From an uncultured Desulfurococcaceae archaeon (GTDB lineage: Archaea; Thermoproteota; Thermoprotei_A; Sulfolobales; NBVN01): a stretch of 64,000 nt of DNA. Shown here piece by piece: positions 54,695 through 64,000 of the stretch (its first letter is position 1; each line of letters starts with the position of its first letter). The stretch spans positions 9,273 through 73,272 of the forward strand of contig CAZZLT010000052.1 in the NCBI GenBank assembly GCA_964655125.1, read 5' to 3'. The position numbers and the translations under genes are program-made. A model generated the notes under the pieces. The model did no database searches. It saw only the letters and a list, made by a program, of their open reading frames with translations, and was not told where the DNA came from.

Positions 54695-55789
54695 TTAATA
54701 ACTATTAGTTAGATGTTCTAAGTACTTACTTATCACTTCCTTCAGTAAATCTATGTTTATTAGTTTAAGAGCTGAGATAGGTATGACTCTCCATTCCCAC
54801 CTATAGTTATTACTTAGGAATTCCTTAACGATCTCTAACTTACTTGTTAATTCATCATTAGCTATAGCGTCAATCTTATTTAGAGCTACTATTAATGGCT
54901 TACCTAAGTAGCCTATCTTAGTCATAACCTCTAGAGAAGACTTTAACTTATCAATTACTATGTTAGGAGGTTCTGTAGAGTCTAGGAGCATAACACTTAA
55001 GTTAGACTCAACTATTTCCTCAAGTGTTGCGTAGAAAGCCTCTATAACATCTGCAGGTACCTTCCTTATAAACCCTACAGTATCTACGAACATTACCTTC
55101 CTACCGTTAATTAAAGCACCCTTAACCTTAGGAGATATAGTTGTGAACATTCCCTGACCTACTGGTTTAGACTCATTAGTTAATACGTTAAATAACGTTG
55201 TCTTACCAGCGTTTGTATATCCGGATATAGCTATCTGCGGGTACCCCCGACTTGACCTCTTAATCCTTTCTAAACGTCTCCTCTCTCTAAGCTTTATTAA
55301 CTCCTTCTTAATCTTAGCATACCTCCTCCTCATATTGTAGTAGTAGGCATCAGTAGCGTACCCACCGGAGCTTAGGAAACCTGGTAACTCACCGAGTTTA
55401 GCCCTACGTATCCACTCCTTAATTAACGGTAGTTCATGTCTTAAACGTATCATCTCTATCTGAAGTTTAGCTTCTTTAGAACCTGCATGTAATGCGAAGA
55501 TCTCAAGTATTAAGCTTATCTTATCAGCTATATCAACTTTTAACTCCTTCATTAAGTTTATGATATGTCTAGGTTTTAATTCGTAGTAGATGTAAACCTT
55601 ACCTACATTGTATTTAGTGATGAGTTCCTTCAAACTCATTAACTTACTCTTACTTAAGTAGAAGCTACTATCAACCCCTCTACTCTTAAGACTTAAAAAT
55701 CCTGATGGATTCAAACCTAAAGTATTGATTAGAGCTCTTACCTCCTCAACATCCTCTTCAGATGCTACTACTAATACGTTGTTACTCAT
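54695..55789 (-). CDS. hflX: GTPase HflX
   Basis: 364-aa ORF with the HflX N-terminal domain and coiled linker, G1 GYTNAGKTTLFN, DTVGF and NKID. Confidence 0.9.
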   Translation of the reverse strand: MSNNVLVVASEEDVEEVRALINTLGLNPSGFLSLKSRGVDSSFYLSKSKLMSLKELITKYNVGKVYIYYELKPRHIINLMKELKVDIADKISLILEIFALHAGSKEAKLQIEMIRLRHELPLIKEWIRRAKLGELPGFLSSGGYATDAYYYNMRRRYAKIKKELIKLRERRRLERIKRSSRGYPQIAISGYTNAGKTTLFNVLTNESKPVGQGMFTTISPKVKGALINGRKVMFVDTVGFIRKVPADVIEAFYATLEEIVESNLSVMLLDSTEPPNIVIDKLKSSLEVMTKIGYLGKPLIVALNKIDAIANDELTSKLEIVKEFLSNNYRWEWRVIPISALKLINIDLLKEVISKYLEHLTNSY

Positions 55790-55804
55790 ATGCTTACGTA
55801 CCCA

Positions 55805-56338
55805 TCACTTCTTACTCCTTACGTTCACTACATCACCTAATGTAAGTTCTTTAACGATTTTATCAGTAGTTCCTCCATGGAGGTACTCATCAACTACAGG
55901 TTCAAGTAATTTTATATTAAGTACTCTCTCAAGTCTTCTAGCTAGGTCTATCGTCGGGACTAACTTACCACTCTCTAAACGTTTTATAACGTTCTCACTC
56001 TCTTTAACAGCCTCAGCTAATACCTTCTGACTCCAGCCGAGTGCTTCACGAGCTCTTCTAATCCTATCTGCGTAGTCCTCAACAACTTCGTATTCCTCCT
56101 TAATAACCTCCTTAGGCTTACTCCCCCTCCTCTCAATAGTGGTTAAACTCTGCTTACCTCCTACAGGCGTCTTAGGAGTTTCCGAAACTAACTTACTACT
56201 TACTCGAGCATGACATGAAGGACATAAAGTAAGTTTAGCACCCTCAACGTATACAATCTTAGCTAACCTCCTCTCAACAGCTTTACCACACATCTCACAA
56301 TATGTAACCTGATTCATCACTATCACCGTATACTCCAA
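55805..56338 (-). CDS. mbf1: archaeal MBF1-type transcription factor (zinc ribbon + XRE HTH)
   Basis: 177-aa ORF with CEMCGK...CPSC at the N-terminus and the cro/C1 HTH IRRAREALGWSQKVLAEAV...I.RLESGK. Confidence 0.85.
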   Translation of the reverse strand: MEYTVIVMNQVTYCEMCGKAVERRLAKIVYVEGAKLTLCPSCHARVSSKLVSETPKTPVGGKQSLTTIERRGSKPKEVIKEEYEVVEDYADRIRRAREALGWSQKVLAEAVKESENVIKRLESGKLVPTIDLARRLERVLNIKLLEPVVDEYLHGGTTDKIVKELTLGDVVNVRSKK

Positions 56339-56435
56339 TTAATTACACTAACCTAAGACTTATATCCTCATAGCTAAACACTGAAGGCTAATCTTACTTA
56401 TAATTAGTGATTCATAGTTAAACACGGTACTGGTC

Positions 56436-56969
56436 TTGAAGGTATATGTTCTTAGATTAGGTCATAGACCAGCTAGGGATAAGAGAGTAACTACTCATGT
56501 AGCACTTACAGCTAGAGCTTTCGGTGCGTCAGGATTCATACTAGCTAATGTTAATGATGAAGTAGTAGTTAAGTCTATTAAGAAGGTCTGTGATGTCTGG
56601 GGTGGTTCTAGTTTTGAAGTATTAGTAGGTGTGGATCCAGTACAATATATTAATGAGTGGAGGAAGTCTGGTGGAGTTGTTGTTCATCTAACTATGTACG
56701 GTGTTCATATAGATGAAGTTATTAATACGTTAAGGATCTTAGGTAGGGATTTACTAGTAGTTGTTGGTGCTGAGAAGGTACCTAGGATAATATTTGAGTT
56801 AGCTGATTATAACGTAGCTATAGGACATCAACCACATTCTGAGGTAGCTGCACTTGCAGTCTTCTTAGATAGATTATTTAACGGTAAAGAATTACACCTT
56901 ATTTATCCCGATGCTAAATTATATATAGTACCTAGTGAGAGAGGTAAGAAGGTGGTATATCGTGGGTAA
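56436..56969 (+). CDS. trm56: tRNA (cytidine(56)-2'-O)-methyltransferase Trm56 (SPOUT)
   Basis: 177-aa [30 protein letters not shown] is the characteristic Trm56 N-terminus. Confidence 0.9.
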   Translation: MKVYVLRLGHRPARDKRVTTHVALTARAFGASGFILANVNDEVVVKSIKKVCDVWGGSSFEVLVGVDPVQYINEWRKSGGVVVHLTMYGVHIDEVINTLRILGRDLLVVVGAEKVPRIIFELADYNVAIGHQPHSEVAALAVFLDRLFNGKELHLIYPDAKLYIVPSERGKKVVYRG

Positions 56970-57489
56970 TGAATTAAATGATCTACTAAACTTTATTGAG
57001 ATGTACTGCGGTAGTGTATGTAGAGAAGTACTTAATATGTTGATGAAGAGTTCTAAAGAATTCTTAGATGAGGAAATAGCTTCGAAATTAAGTATAAATG
57101 CTAATGAGGTGAGGAGGGCGTTATACGACTTACAGACATTAGGTATTGTATCGTATAGGAGGGAGAGGGATGAGAAGGATGGGAAATTCATATACTACTG
57201 GTACGCAAATATGGAACACTTAAATCAATTACTCCTACAGAGGAAGAAACTTGTTTTAAAGAAGCTTGAGGAGAGGTTAAGATTAGAGGAGGAGAACTCA
57301 TTCTATAGATGCCCAAATGATGGTATGAGACTTACATTTGATGAAGCTTTAGAAAACGATTTTAGATGTCCGAAATGTAATTCACTACTAGAGTTCTACG
57401 ATAATAGTTGGGTTAAGGAGAAACTTAAGATGTTGATAGCATCTCTGCATGAGGAAATAGTTAATGAGGAGAAAACCGTTACTAGTTGA
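56935..57489 (+). CDS. tfe: transcription factor E (TFE alpha)
   Basis: Winged helix ([27 protein letters not shown]) plus a zinc ribbon (CPNDG...CPKC). The start is more likely the in-frame GTG at 56962, which would overlap trm56 by 8 nt. Confidence 0.85.
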   Translation: MREVRRWYIVGNELNDLLNFIEMYCGSVCREVLNMLMKSSKEFLDEEIASKLSINANEVRRALYDLQTLGIVSYRRERDEKDGKFIYYWYANMEHLNQLLLQRKKLVLKKLEERLRLEEENSFYRCPNDGMRLTFDEALENDFRCPKCNSLLEFYDNSWVKEKLKMLIASLHEEIVNEEKTVTS

Positions 57490-58423
57490 TCTATTCTGTG
57501 GTGCTGGCGGTTTTAGTAGAGGTTTCTACGACTTAGGTTTTAAGGTAGTACTTGGAGTAGATAATGATAGAGCTGCGGCTAGGACTTACAAAACTAATAT
57601 ACCTACAGCTACAGTATTATGTGAGGATATTAGGGATTTAAGATGTGATGATATTAAGTACTTAGTAGGTAATGATGTAGATGTAGTTATCGGGAGCCCA
57701 CCATGCGAGCCCTTCACAGCAGCTAATAAGAGACGTATGCCAGAACCTATAGATAGGTTGTATAGAGATCCTACAGGTTCTTTAGTACTTAACTTTATAG
57801 AGTTAGTTGGGTGTTTAACACCTAAGATTTACGTTATGGAGAACGTACCTGGTATACTTGATGGTGAGTTAAGAGAGTTACTAGCTAATGAATTTAAATC
57901 TATAGGGTATAAAGTTTACTTCAACATATTAAGAGCTGAAGACTTCGGCAACCCGTCTAGGAGGGTTAGAGTATTCATATCTAATATCCCTTTAAATCCT
58001 CAGAAGGTAAGGAGTTTAACAACAGTAATTGATGTTATTAAAGACTTACCAGAACCTTCTGAAGACCCGGTAATACCTAATCATGAACCACCACCTAGGC
58101 TTAGTCTTAAGAAGTTTAAGAGGGCTTCTAAGCTGATGTGGGGTTCAAGTCTTATAAGGTATGAAGGTGCTAATAAGTTAATCCCTAACCTCATAAAGTT
58201 AAATCCTTATAAACCAGCACCAACAGTCTTAGGATCTTCAAGGTTTCTCCACCCATTCGAGAATAGATTAATAACTGTACGTGAGCAGGCTAGACTTATG
58301 AGTTTCCCTGATGATCACGTATTCTTAGGTAGTAAGGATGAACAATATAATCAGGTTGGTGAGGCAGTCCCCTACGTTATGTCGAAGGCTATAGCGTATG
58401 AAGTACTTAAATACTTAGTTTAA
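57464..58423 (+). CDS. C5 cytosine-specific methyltransferase (Dcm-type fold)
   Basis: 319-aa ORF with motif [11 protein letters not shown], motif IV GSPPCEPFT (catalytic PC), VI MENVPG, VIII RRVRVFI, IX TVREQARLMSFPD and X QVGEAVP. It overlaps the tfe 3' end by 26 nt. Confidence 0.85.
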   Translation: MRRKPLLVDLFCGAGGFSRGFYDLGFKVVLGVDNDRAAARTYKTNIPTATVLCEDIRDLRCDDIKYLVGNDVDVVIGSPPCEPFTAANKRRMPEPIDRLYRDPTGSLVLNFIELVGCLTPKIYVMENVPGILDGELRELLANEFKSIGYKVYFNILRAEDFGNPSRRVRVFISNIPLNPQKVRSLTTVIDVIKDLPEPSEDPVIPNHEPPPRLSLKKFKRASKLMWGSSLIRYEGANKLIPNLIKLNPYKPAPTVLGSSRFLHPFENRLITVREQARLMSFPDDHVFLGSKDEQYNQVGEAVPYVMSKAIAYEVLKYLV

Positions 58424-58477
58424 ATCTAATGTAGAATAATTTTAACCCTCTAAAGTATTTACCATAGGTACTGAGTT

Positions 58478-58939
58478 ATGGTTAGAGGGTTAATTATAGT
58501 TGTAAATAATGTAGTGAGTCATCAAAAACTAGTTGATGTAGCTAAAGTAGTTTACGGATTTGATGTACCTGAAGTTATTAAAGCATTAGTAATTACTAGA
58601 CCTAGCGGTAGTGCTGCTCAGATAGGGATTCCTGAAGTTAGTAAGTTGGCGTATAAGTTGGGTAAGCCTTTAATAATCCTCCCAACAATTAACGATGCTA
58701 TTGAGATCTTCACACCTGCTAAGGTATTCATAGTTTGTAGGACTGAAGAGTCGAAATCCCTAGAAGATGTTGAGGTTAGTGATAATTCAATGTTTGTATT
58801 CTCATGTAGTGATGTAGGGTTTGCTAAGAATGAACTTGCCTTAGGAACTCATGTATACCCAACTAAGTTCCGTCCTGGGATAGGTCCAGCAGCTGAGATA
58901 GCATTGACTCTATACATAATAACTCTTAAAACACGTTAA
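58478..58939 (+). CDS. hypothetical protein (conserved archaeal alpha/beta protein, family not recognised)
   Basis: 153-aa ORF with alternating beta-alpha pattern (LIIVVNNV..., LVITRPSGSAAQ, LIILPT). It may be SPOUT-like; I cannot confirm this. Confidence 0.5.
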   Translation: MVRGLIIVVNNVVSHQKLVDVAKVVYGFDVPEVIKALVITRPSGSAAQIGIPEVSKLAYKLGKPLIILPTINDAIEIFTPAKVFIVCRTEESKSLEDVEVSDNSMFVFSCSDVGFAKNELALGTHVYPTKFRPGIGPAAEIALTLYIITLKTR

Positions 58940-58951
58940 TACCATCCCCTA

Positions 58952-59677
58952 CTAGTAAGTATGTGAGGAAGGTTTTGACGAACTACATTGTTTGAGTAAG
59001 TAGTAAATACTCTTGAAAAACCTATAGAGTTCCTTACCTTCAGCTTTAGTTATTAACGCTTTATTTAATATATGCTTGAAAAGTACTTCAACATCAACAT
59101 CACTTATATCAGCTAATGTAGCTATCCCCCTAACATACCTGATTATATAGTTTAAACCCTCCTTACTGTATAACTCACCTAATACTAACCTCTCCTTACG
59201 TGTATGTGAGGATACCTCATAAAGAATTATTGCTACAGCATGTGATAAGTTTAAGACGTTGTAATCACTACTGATATCTATAGTCATCACTAAATCACAT
59301 TTTCTTAACTCATCCCTAGTTAAACCTACACTTTCTCGACCGAAGACTAAAGCTACTGAAGCATTAGTTGGTAGTATATTCACTAAGTGTTTAAGACTTA
59401 TTGACTGTCTGAGAATATCTGAATCAATATCGTAGAGAGCTGTAGTACATACTGAAACTTCAGAAACACTTAAACATTCCTCTAAATTATTAACAACTTT
59501 AACTAGATTGATTAGTTCTGAGCCTCTAGCAGCGAAATTCAGTACTTCCTCGTCTGAGATATTGAATTTAGGATTAACAACACATATATCATCTATTTTG
59601 AAATTCCTAGCTAACCTTAAGATAAAACCCATATTTATCTTCCCTTCAGGTTCTACTAAAACTATCTTTATCTTCAT
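58952..59677 (-). CDS. SpoU/TrmH-family RNA 2'-O-methyltransferase (TrmJ-like)
   Basis: 241-aa ORF with IVLVEPEGKINMGFILRLARNF, LVFGRESVGL and LNLSHAVAIILYE (SPOUT knot motifs). Confidence 0.8.
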   Translation of the reverse strand: MKIKIVLVEPEGKINMGFILRLARNFKIDDICVVNPKFNISDEEVLNFAARGSELINLVKVVNNLEECLSVSEVSVCTTALYDIDSDILRQSISLKHLVNILPTNASVALVFGRESVGLTRDELRKCDLVMTIDISSDYNVLNLSHAVAIILYEVSSHTRKERLVLGELYSKEGLNYIIRYVRGIATLADISDVDVEVLFKHILNKALITKAEGKELYRFFKSIYYLLKQCSSSKPSSHTY

Positions 59678-59709
59678 CTCATTAACTCCTAACTAACTAC
59701 GATTAAATA

Positions 59710-60378
59710 TTAAGTGATATTAAACTTCTCATAAAGTTTTTTGAGGTAGTTAATGAATATTACGTTAGTAGAATGTGGTGGAGGTTCTAGGAATATATAG
59801 TACCTATCACGGTTTTGAAGTTCTATGAGTATTCTATCGATTATGAGTTTTGCTGGGTCGATAATCTTAGTACGTTGTTGTATATCATCGAATGAGTTAA
59901 AAGGTCTCTTCTTCCTCTCATCAAGTATTAACCACATAGACCTCTTACCAATACCTGGTAGTAATTCCAACGCATGTAGTTTCAAAGTTATCGGTTCTGC
60001 AATATTGAAGAACTCTACAAATACCCTCTCCTTATCCATAACTATCTTCCTAATAGCTTCTGGTAGGTAACTCTTAGCAACTGAGGTTAAGTCATCATAT
60101 GTTACTATACCTCCCCATACGTAATCAACTTTATCTCTTAATTCCCTCAAAGAAAAACTAACTAGGACTCTCTCACCCTGTTGTAGGTAAATACCTGGTT
60201 TTGGATGGAATTCCATCAATGTGAAGTACTTATCACCTATAGCTTGAGCTATAGGTTTAACCCTATGTGTTGGGTGGTGAGTATCTACTGGATTACCCCT
60301 AGGTAGGAAATCAAGAACTATTGCGTAATCCTCCTTAAAAAACCTCCTTTCACTATCTCTTAACTTATGTGAACTCAA
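59710..60378 (-). CDS. DUF655 protein (OB-fold + helix-hairpin-helix, predicted nucleic-acid binding)
   Basis: 222-aa ORF with EDYAIVLDFLPRGNP and LELLPGIGKRSMWLILDERKK (HhH). It occupies the conserved position downstream of rpoF and L21e. Confidence 0.8.
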   Translation of the reverse strand: MSSHKLRDSERRFFKEDYAIVLDFLPRGNPVDTHHPTHRVKPIAQAIGDKYFTLMEFHPKPGIYLQQGERVLVSFSLRELRDKVDYVWGGIVTYDDLTSVAKSYLPEAIRKIVMDKERVFVEFFNIAEPITLKLHALELLPGIGKRSMWLILDERKKRPFNSFDDIQQRTKIIDPAKLIIDRILIELQNRDRYYIFLEPPPHSTNVIFINYLKKLYEKFNIT

Positions 60379-60403
60379 AATATCACTTCAATAACTCTAA
60401 TAT

Positions 60404-60733
60404 CTACTCAGTACAACATTTACTAAGGATATCAACTATCTCATTTAGAGAATCTTCATCAAATACCTTACCTTCGAAATTAAGGTATATCCTGACCTCA
60501 TCAACACTATTCGGGCAGTTATTAACTAACATAACCGCTGTTACCTCCTTAAGACCTACCTTACTAGTTAACTCATTAACAACTTCATCACTACTTGAAC
60601 ACTTAGAAAGCTTAGACACATATTCATAGACTCTAGAAACCATATGACTAACCTTCTCACCCGAGTCTATTAACTTCTTAAGTAATCTAGCTACTTCTGA
60701 GTATGTTAGATGCTTATATGAGAGTAACTCCAT
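60404..60733 (-). CDS. rpoF: DNA-directed RNA polymerase subunit F (Rpo4)
   Basis: 109-aa helical ORF with LTYSEVARLL...YEYVSKLSK...TAVMLVNNCP.SVDEVR. It shows the conserved L21e-RpoF-DUF655 synteny. Confidence 0.75.
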   Translation of the reverse strand: MELLSYKHLTYSEVARLLKKLIDSGEKVSHMVSRVYEYVSKLSKCSSSDEVVNELTSKVGLKEVTAVMLVNNCPNSVDEVRIYLNFEGKVFDEDSLNEIVDILSKCCTE

Positions 60734-60746
60734 AACTAACCCCTTA

Positions 60747-61049
60747 CTACGACTGTTTCCACGGTCTTAAGTGTTCAGGTAATACGTACAATACCTTCCT
60801 CTTATTACCTAGAAATACTTCTACTTCATATGCTCTACCGCGTTTACCAATAACTGTAGCTACTTTACCGAAATACCTCCTATGAGGCATACCACTATGT
60901 ACAGCTGGGTTAGGAACTATACAGACTTTATCACCTACGTTATACTCTATCATAAGTAGACTTAAGGATGGTACAGCCCCTCTCTCCCTTACATCCTTAC
61001 TTAGTACTGACCTCGTCCCACGCCTGAGACCTTGAGATGCTTTAACCAT
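60747..61049 (-). CDS. rpl21e: 50S ribosomal protein L21e
   Basis: 100-aa ORF with SQGLRRGTRSVLSK, GMPHRRYFGKVATVIGKRGRAY.VEV. Confidence 0.9.
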   Translation of the reverse strand: MVKASQGLRRGTRSVLSKDVRERGAVPSLSLLMIEYNVGDKVCIVPNPAVHSGMPHRRYFGKVATVIGKRGRAYEVEVFLGNKRKVLYVLPEHLRPWKQS

Positions 61050-61109
61050 CTACTAACACCAACCCCTAAACACACCTTAAAACTAGTTTTATATCTAATA
61101 AATTTTAAT

Positions 61110-62393
61110 TTAATTGTTAGCTATATCAATAACGTCTAGTTCTAATACCTTCAAATCACAACCTAATAACTCTGAAAAACTAGGTGATGTCCTACCACGA
61201 TCTCCGTGAACTAATTCTTTAACGTATAAACCACCATCACACTTAACTAGGACTTCAAAGAGGTACTCATTAACTAATCTAGACTTAACACTATATACTC
61301 TCCTTAAACGTACTATATCCTTCTTCCTCCTTAACACCCTCGTAGGAGTTCTTTGATTAATTACTTTATTAGTAAACTCTCTTTCTAAGAACCTCAAAAG
61401 ATCTGTGGTTAGTGGTTTCTCTGAAAGTATTAATAATCTATAGACCTTCAACATATTCTTTAACTTAATCTCACGTACGTATCCAGACTCTACAAACTTA
61501 TCGAAGAGTATTAAGATTAGCCCGGTATTACTTAAAACCTTAAGGACTTCATCCTCACTTACAACTTTATTCTTAGCATTCTTTAACTCTACTATTAACT
61601 GCCTACCATTACCTAACATCCTAGCATCAACATCTTCACGACCAGCAGCATGTAGTTTAATATCCTCAGCGTTGAAAAGGTTTTTGAGGGGTTCGACGAC
61701 ATCCTCTATAGCTAGTGGGTATTTCCTAACACCATCACTAGTAAACCACTTAACCTGTGAGATATTCCTCCCAAGTTTTAAGTACCTACATAGTATGTAT
61801 TTTGGTGTGATTACAGTCTTAACATCTAATCTATCTAAGTCTACCATAACTACTACATCCGGGTGTTTGAATTCTGGTTCAAGACCTAGTAATGTTTTAA
61901 CCTTCTTACCTAACTCCCGCTTAATCTCCCTCCTAATACTCTCCCAAGAGTCTAACTTAAACTCTGAGATAATTTCTAATTCCTTCTTCTCCATCTCTGA
62001 ATTCTTAAGGACGCTTATAACGAATGTCTTAACCTTAAACCTACTTAACTCATTAATTACCTTATTAATTAGTTCTACTATGATGTCTTCAAGCTTATCT
62101 AAACATATGTAACACTTACGTGACTGTACATTCCCTAAATACTTATTAATTAGTTGAGACATTATGTTGATGTTAAGGCCTACCTCATTAAGTAGGTTTA
62201 AATTCTCAACATCGTTAGAGATTAACCTATGTAACTCCATCAATAATAACACCTTTATAGCTTTTCCTCTAACGATATTACTCATACCTAGACCGTACCT
62301 AGCAAATAACCTACCTAAGCATCTATTACATAGTGGGTACTTACGTAGTATTTCAAAAGACTTATTAACTATATAACCTTCTAAGTAGTTCAT
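61110..62393 (-). CDS. pus10: tRNA pseudouridine(54/55) synthase Pus10
   Basis: 427-aa ORF with an N-terminal zinc ribbon (CNRCLGR...CYIC), a THUMP-like middle part and a C-terminal catalytic domain (HAAGREDVDARMLGNGR, GLYVKELVHGD). Confidence 0.85.
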   Translation of the reverse strand: MNYLEGYIVNKSFEILRKYPLCNRCLGRLFARYGLGMSNIVRGKAIKVLLLMELHRLISNDVENLNLLNEVGLNINIMSQLINKYLGNVQSRKCYICLDKLEDIIVELINKVINELSRFKVKTFVISVLKNSEMEKKELEIISEFKLDSWESIRREIKRELGKKVKTLLGLEPEFKHPDVVVMVDLDRLDVKTVITPKYILCRYLKLGRNISQVKWFTSDGVRKYPLAIEDVVEPLKNLFNAEDIKLHAAGREDVDARMLGNGRQLIVELKNAKNKVVSEDEVLKVLSNTGLILILFDKFVESGYVREIKLKNMLKVYRLLILSEKPLTTDLLRFLEREFTNKVINQRTPTRVLRRKKDIVRLRRVYSVKSRLVNEYLFEVLVKCDGGLYVKELVHGDRGRTSPSFSELLGCDLKVLELDVIDIANN

Positions 62394-63748
62394 AACCCTA
62401 ATCCTTTAACACTTAACTTACTTAGGAGTCCTCTCTTCCTTCTTAACTCTTTAATTAACCTATTCAGTTGTTCGTAGTATTTTAGTAATTCCTCAACATC
62501 GTTAATAGTAGTTCCAGATCCTATAGCTATTCTCCTCATCCTACGTCTATCAATAATTGATGGATTATCTAGTTCTTCGTAGGTCATAGAGTCTAACACA
62601 CTAATCCATTTCCTAATCTTATCCTCAGATAGTTTTAGCTGTTCATCAGTAAGTGAGGGGATTAGTGAGAATCCGGGGATCATCTCTAAGACTTTCTTAA
62701 GCGGGCCTAACTTCCTTAATGATTGTAACTGTAGGTATACATCTCTTAAGGTTATCTTACCACTAGTTATCATCTTCTCAACACGTTTCTCAATCTCCTT
62801 ACTCTCCTCTAAAACCTCAAACTTCTTCAGTAGTGATTCTATGTCTCCTAACCCTAATAACCTACTAACGAATTTCTTAGGGTTGAAAACCTCAATATCT
62901 TCTAACTTCTCACCATCGCATACGAACTTAATCTTAGCACCAGTAGCTACTACAGCTGATAACGCACCCCCACCCTTAGCAGTCCCATCAATCTTAGTAA
63001 TTATTATGGACCCTATCGGTGTGTACTCATGGAATCTCCTAGCTAACTCGTAAGCTTTCTGACCTATGTAAGCATCAATAACTAGTAAAACTTCATCAGG
63101 TTTTATAACGTTAGCTAATTCCTTCATCTCCTCAAGTAGTTTCTCCTCACTACCGTATCCATGCCTACCAGCAGTATCTATGACTACTACATTACATTTA
63201 TACTCATTAATTAACTTGTTAATACCTTGTAACGCTATTGATACAGGATCGTTATCACTTCTACTACCGTAGAATGGGACACCTATAGTTGAAGCTATTT
63301 GCTGGAGTTGTTCGTAAGCTGCAGGTCTGTAAGTATCAGTAGTTATTAATCCTGGTTTATAACCTAGTCTCTTATAGTATAACGCTAATTTACCGGCGGT
63401 AGTAGTCTTACCAGACCCTTGAATACCTACTAACATGAGTATGTAGGGGAGTTTCTTAGGTATTACTTGAGCTTCTTCTTCACCACCGAAGAGATTTACG
63501 AATTTATCGTAGACTATCTTAATAAACCATTCACGTCTTAACACACCTGGTGGTGGTTCGGATTTCAGAGCTTCTTCACGAATACTCTTAGTAAACTCAA
63601 AAACTAACTTAACATTTAAGTCAGCTTTAATTAACGTTTTCTGAAGTTCTTTGATGAACTCATCAACGCTTTTCTCGTATGACTCACTACTTTTTAGGAA
63701 GGAAGATACTAAATTCTTAATACCTTCTAAACCCTTCATCAAGTTCAC
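62390..63748 (-). CDS. srp54: signal recognition particle protein SRP54
   Basis: 452-aa ORF with an N domain, a G domain ([25 protein letters not shown]) and a Met-rich M domain. It has 4-nt overlaps with both neighbours. Confidence 0.95.
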   Translation of the reverse strand: MNLMKGLEGIKNLVSSFLKSSESYEKSVDEFIKELQKTLIKADLNVKLVFEFTKSIREEALKSEPPPGVLRREWFIKIVYDKFVNLFGGEEEAQVIPKKLPYILMLVGIQGSGKTTTAGKLALYYKRLGYKPGLITTDTYRPAAYEQLQQIASTIGVPFYGSRSDNDPVSIALQGINKLINEYKCNVVVIDTAGRHGYGSEEKLLEEMKELANVIKPDEVLLVIDAYIGQKAYELARRFHEYTPIGSIIITKIDGTAKGGGALSAVVATGAKIKFVCDGEKLEDIEVFNPKKFVSRLLGLGDIESLLKKFEVLEESKEIEKRVEKMITSGKITLRDVYLQLQSLRKLGPLKKVLEMIPGFSLIPSLTDEQLKLSEDKIRKWISVLDSMTYEELDNPSIIDRRRMRRIAIGSGTTINDVEELLKYYEQLNRLIKELRRKRGLLSKLSVKGLGL

Positions 63749-64000
63749 TTAATCCTTACTATCTTCCTCCTACCCATAATAACCCAGTATTCTACCTCAA
63801 CACCAGGGGCTAACCTACTACCTACTTCTCCAGGTGGTAATTCAGCCTCGAACGTCTCAAAATTCTCTAAATCCATTAACTGTACAGTATTACCTGATAT
63901 AGCTAGTACTTGAGCTGACCTCTTATCAATTATCGGTACTTCAACCTTCTGATCTACTGGAGCTATTAGAGTCTTCTTAGACCCTGAGAACAACCCTATA
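63745..64000 (-). CDS. eif5a: translation initiation factor 5A (aIF5A), C-terminal part; gene continues past window end
   Basis: The C-terminal OB domain reads [39 protein letters not shown]...EVEYW. The frame stays open to position 64000, so the hypusine loop is outside the window. Confidence 0.85.
   Translation of the reverse strand, partial: IGLFSGSKKTLIAPVDQKVEVPIIDKRSAQVLAISGNTVQLMDLENFETFEAELPPGEVGSRLAPGVEVEYWVIMGRRKIVRIK

Noticed and set aside
56919-57191. 90-aa minus-strand ORF across the trm56/tfe junction, and an 86-aa plus-strand ORF at 60369-60629 across rpoF.
   Set aside because: Each is antisense to a confidently identified gene (TFE, RpoF) and has Ser/Leu/Thr-rich shadow composition.
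1-64000. Search by eye for CRISPR arrays, transposases, integrases, toxin-antitoxin pairs, prophage or plasmid remnants, and long repeats.
   Set aside because: No regularly spaced 24-37-nt repeats, no IS-type ORFs or terminal inverted repeats, and no integrase next to the tRNA were seen. The two RHH proteins (23059-23448 and 38611-38838) have no adjacent toxin-like ORF. An exhaustive repeat search was not possible by hand and should be run (for example CRISPRCasFinder or self-BLAST).

Overview
This is a dense, AT-rich archaeal chromosomal segment (about one-third G+C by eye, not computed; almost all of it coding), most likely from a thermophilic crenarchaeote or other TACK archaeon. The supporting genes are topoisomerase VI A+B, Hjc, class I CCA-adding enzyme, Trm56, Pus10, TrmI, Trm-G10, EndA, RNase Z, TFE, MBF1, RpoF and RpoP, ribosomal proteins L21e, L35Ae and S25e, an aIF5A-SRP54-Pus10 string, ATP-dependent DNA ligase, XPB, family-4 UDG, RNase HII, stomatin/NfeD, DGGGP synthase, GlyRS, agmatinase, MetAP and UbiX. 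The structural RNAs are much more G+C-rich than the background: one tRNA-Pro(GGG) carrying two introns, and several box C/D sRNAs that I could parse by hand in intergenic gaps. I found no CRISPR array, no transposase or integrase, no obvious defence island and no clear pseudogenised region, so most of the window is ordinary housekeeping. The content I cannot explain, in order of interest, is as follows. (1) Two G+C-enriched non-coding islands (about 4412-4540 and 40724-40840) share sequence blocks. One folds into a 117-nt three-way junction whose motif order is colinear with 5S rRNA but truncated and G+C-poor. Each island sits just upstream of, and co-oriented with, an uncharacterised operon. 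(2) A stand-alone overlapping NurA-like/HerA-like pair has no Mre11/Rad50 beside it. (3) A 98-aa ThyX-like mini-ORF lies next to dcd. (4) A stomatin-NfeD operon is extended by DUF763 and an unknown beta-rich protein. (5) A C5 cytosine methyltransferase with no partner endonuclease sits in an overlapping trm56-tfe-dcm gene chain. All protein family calls come from motifs read in the translations and from remembered family signatures; no searches were run.
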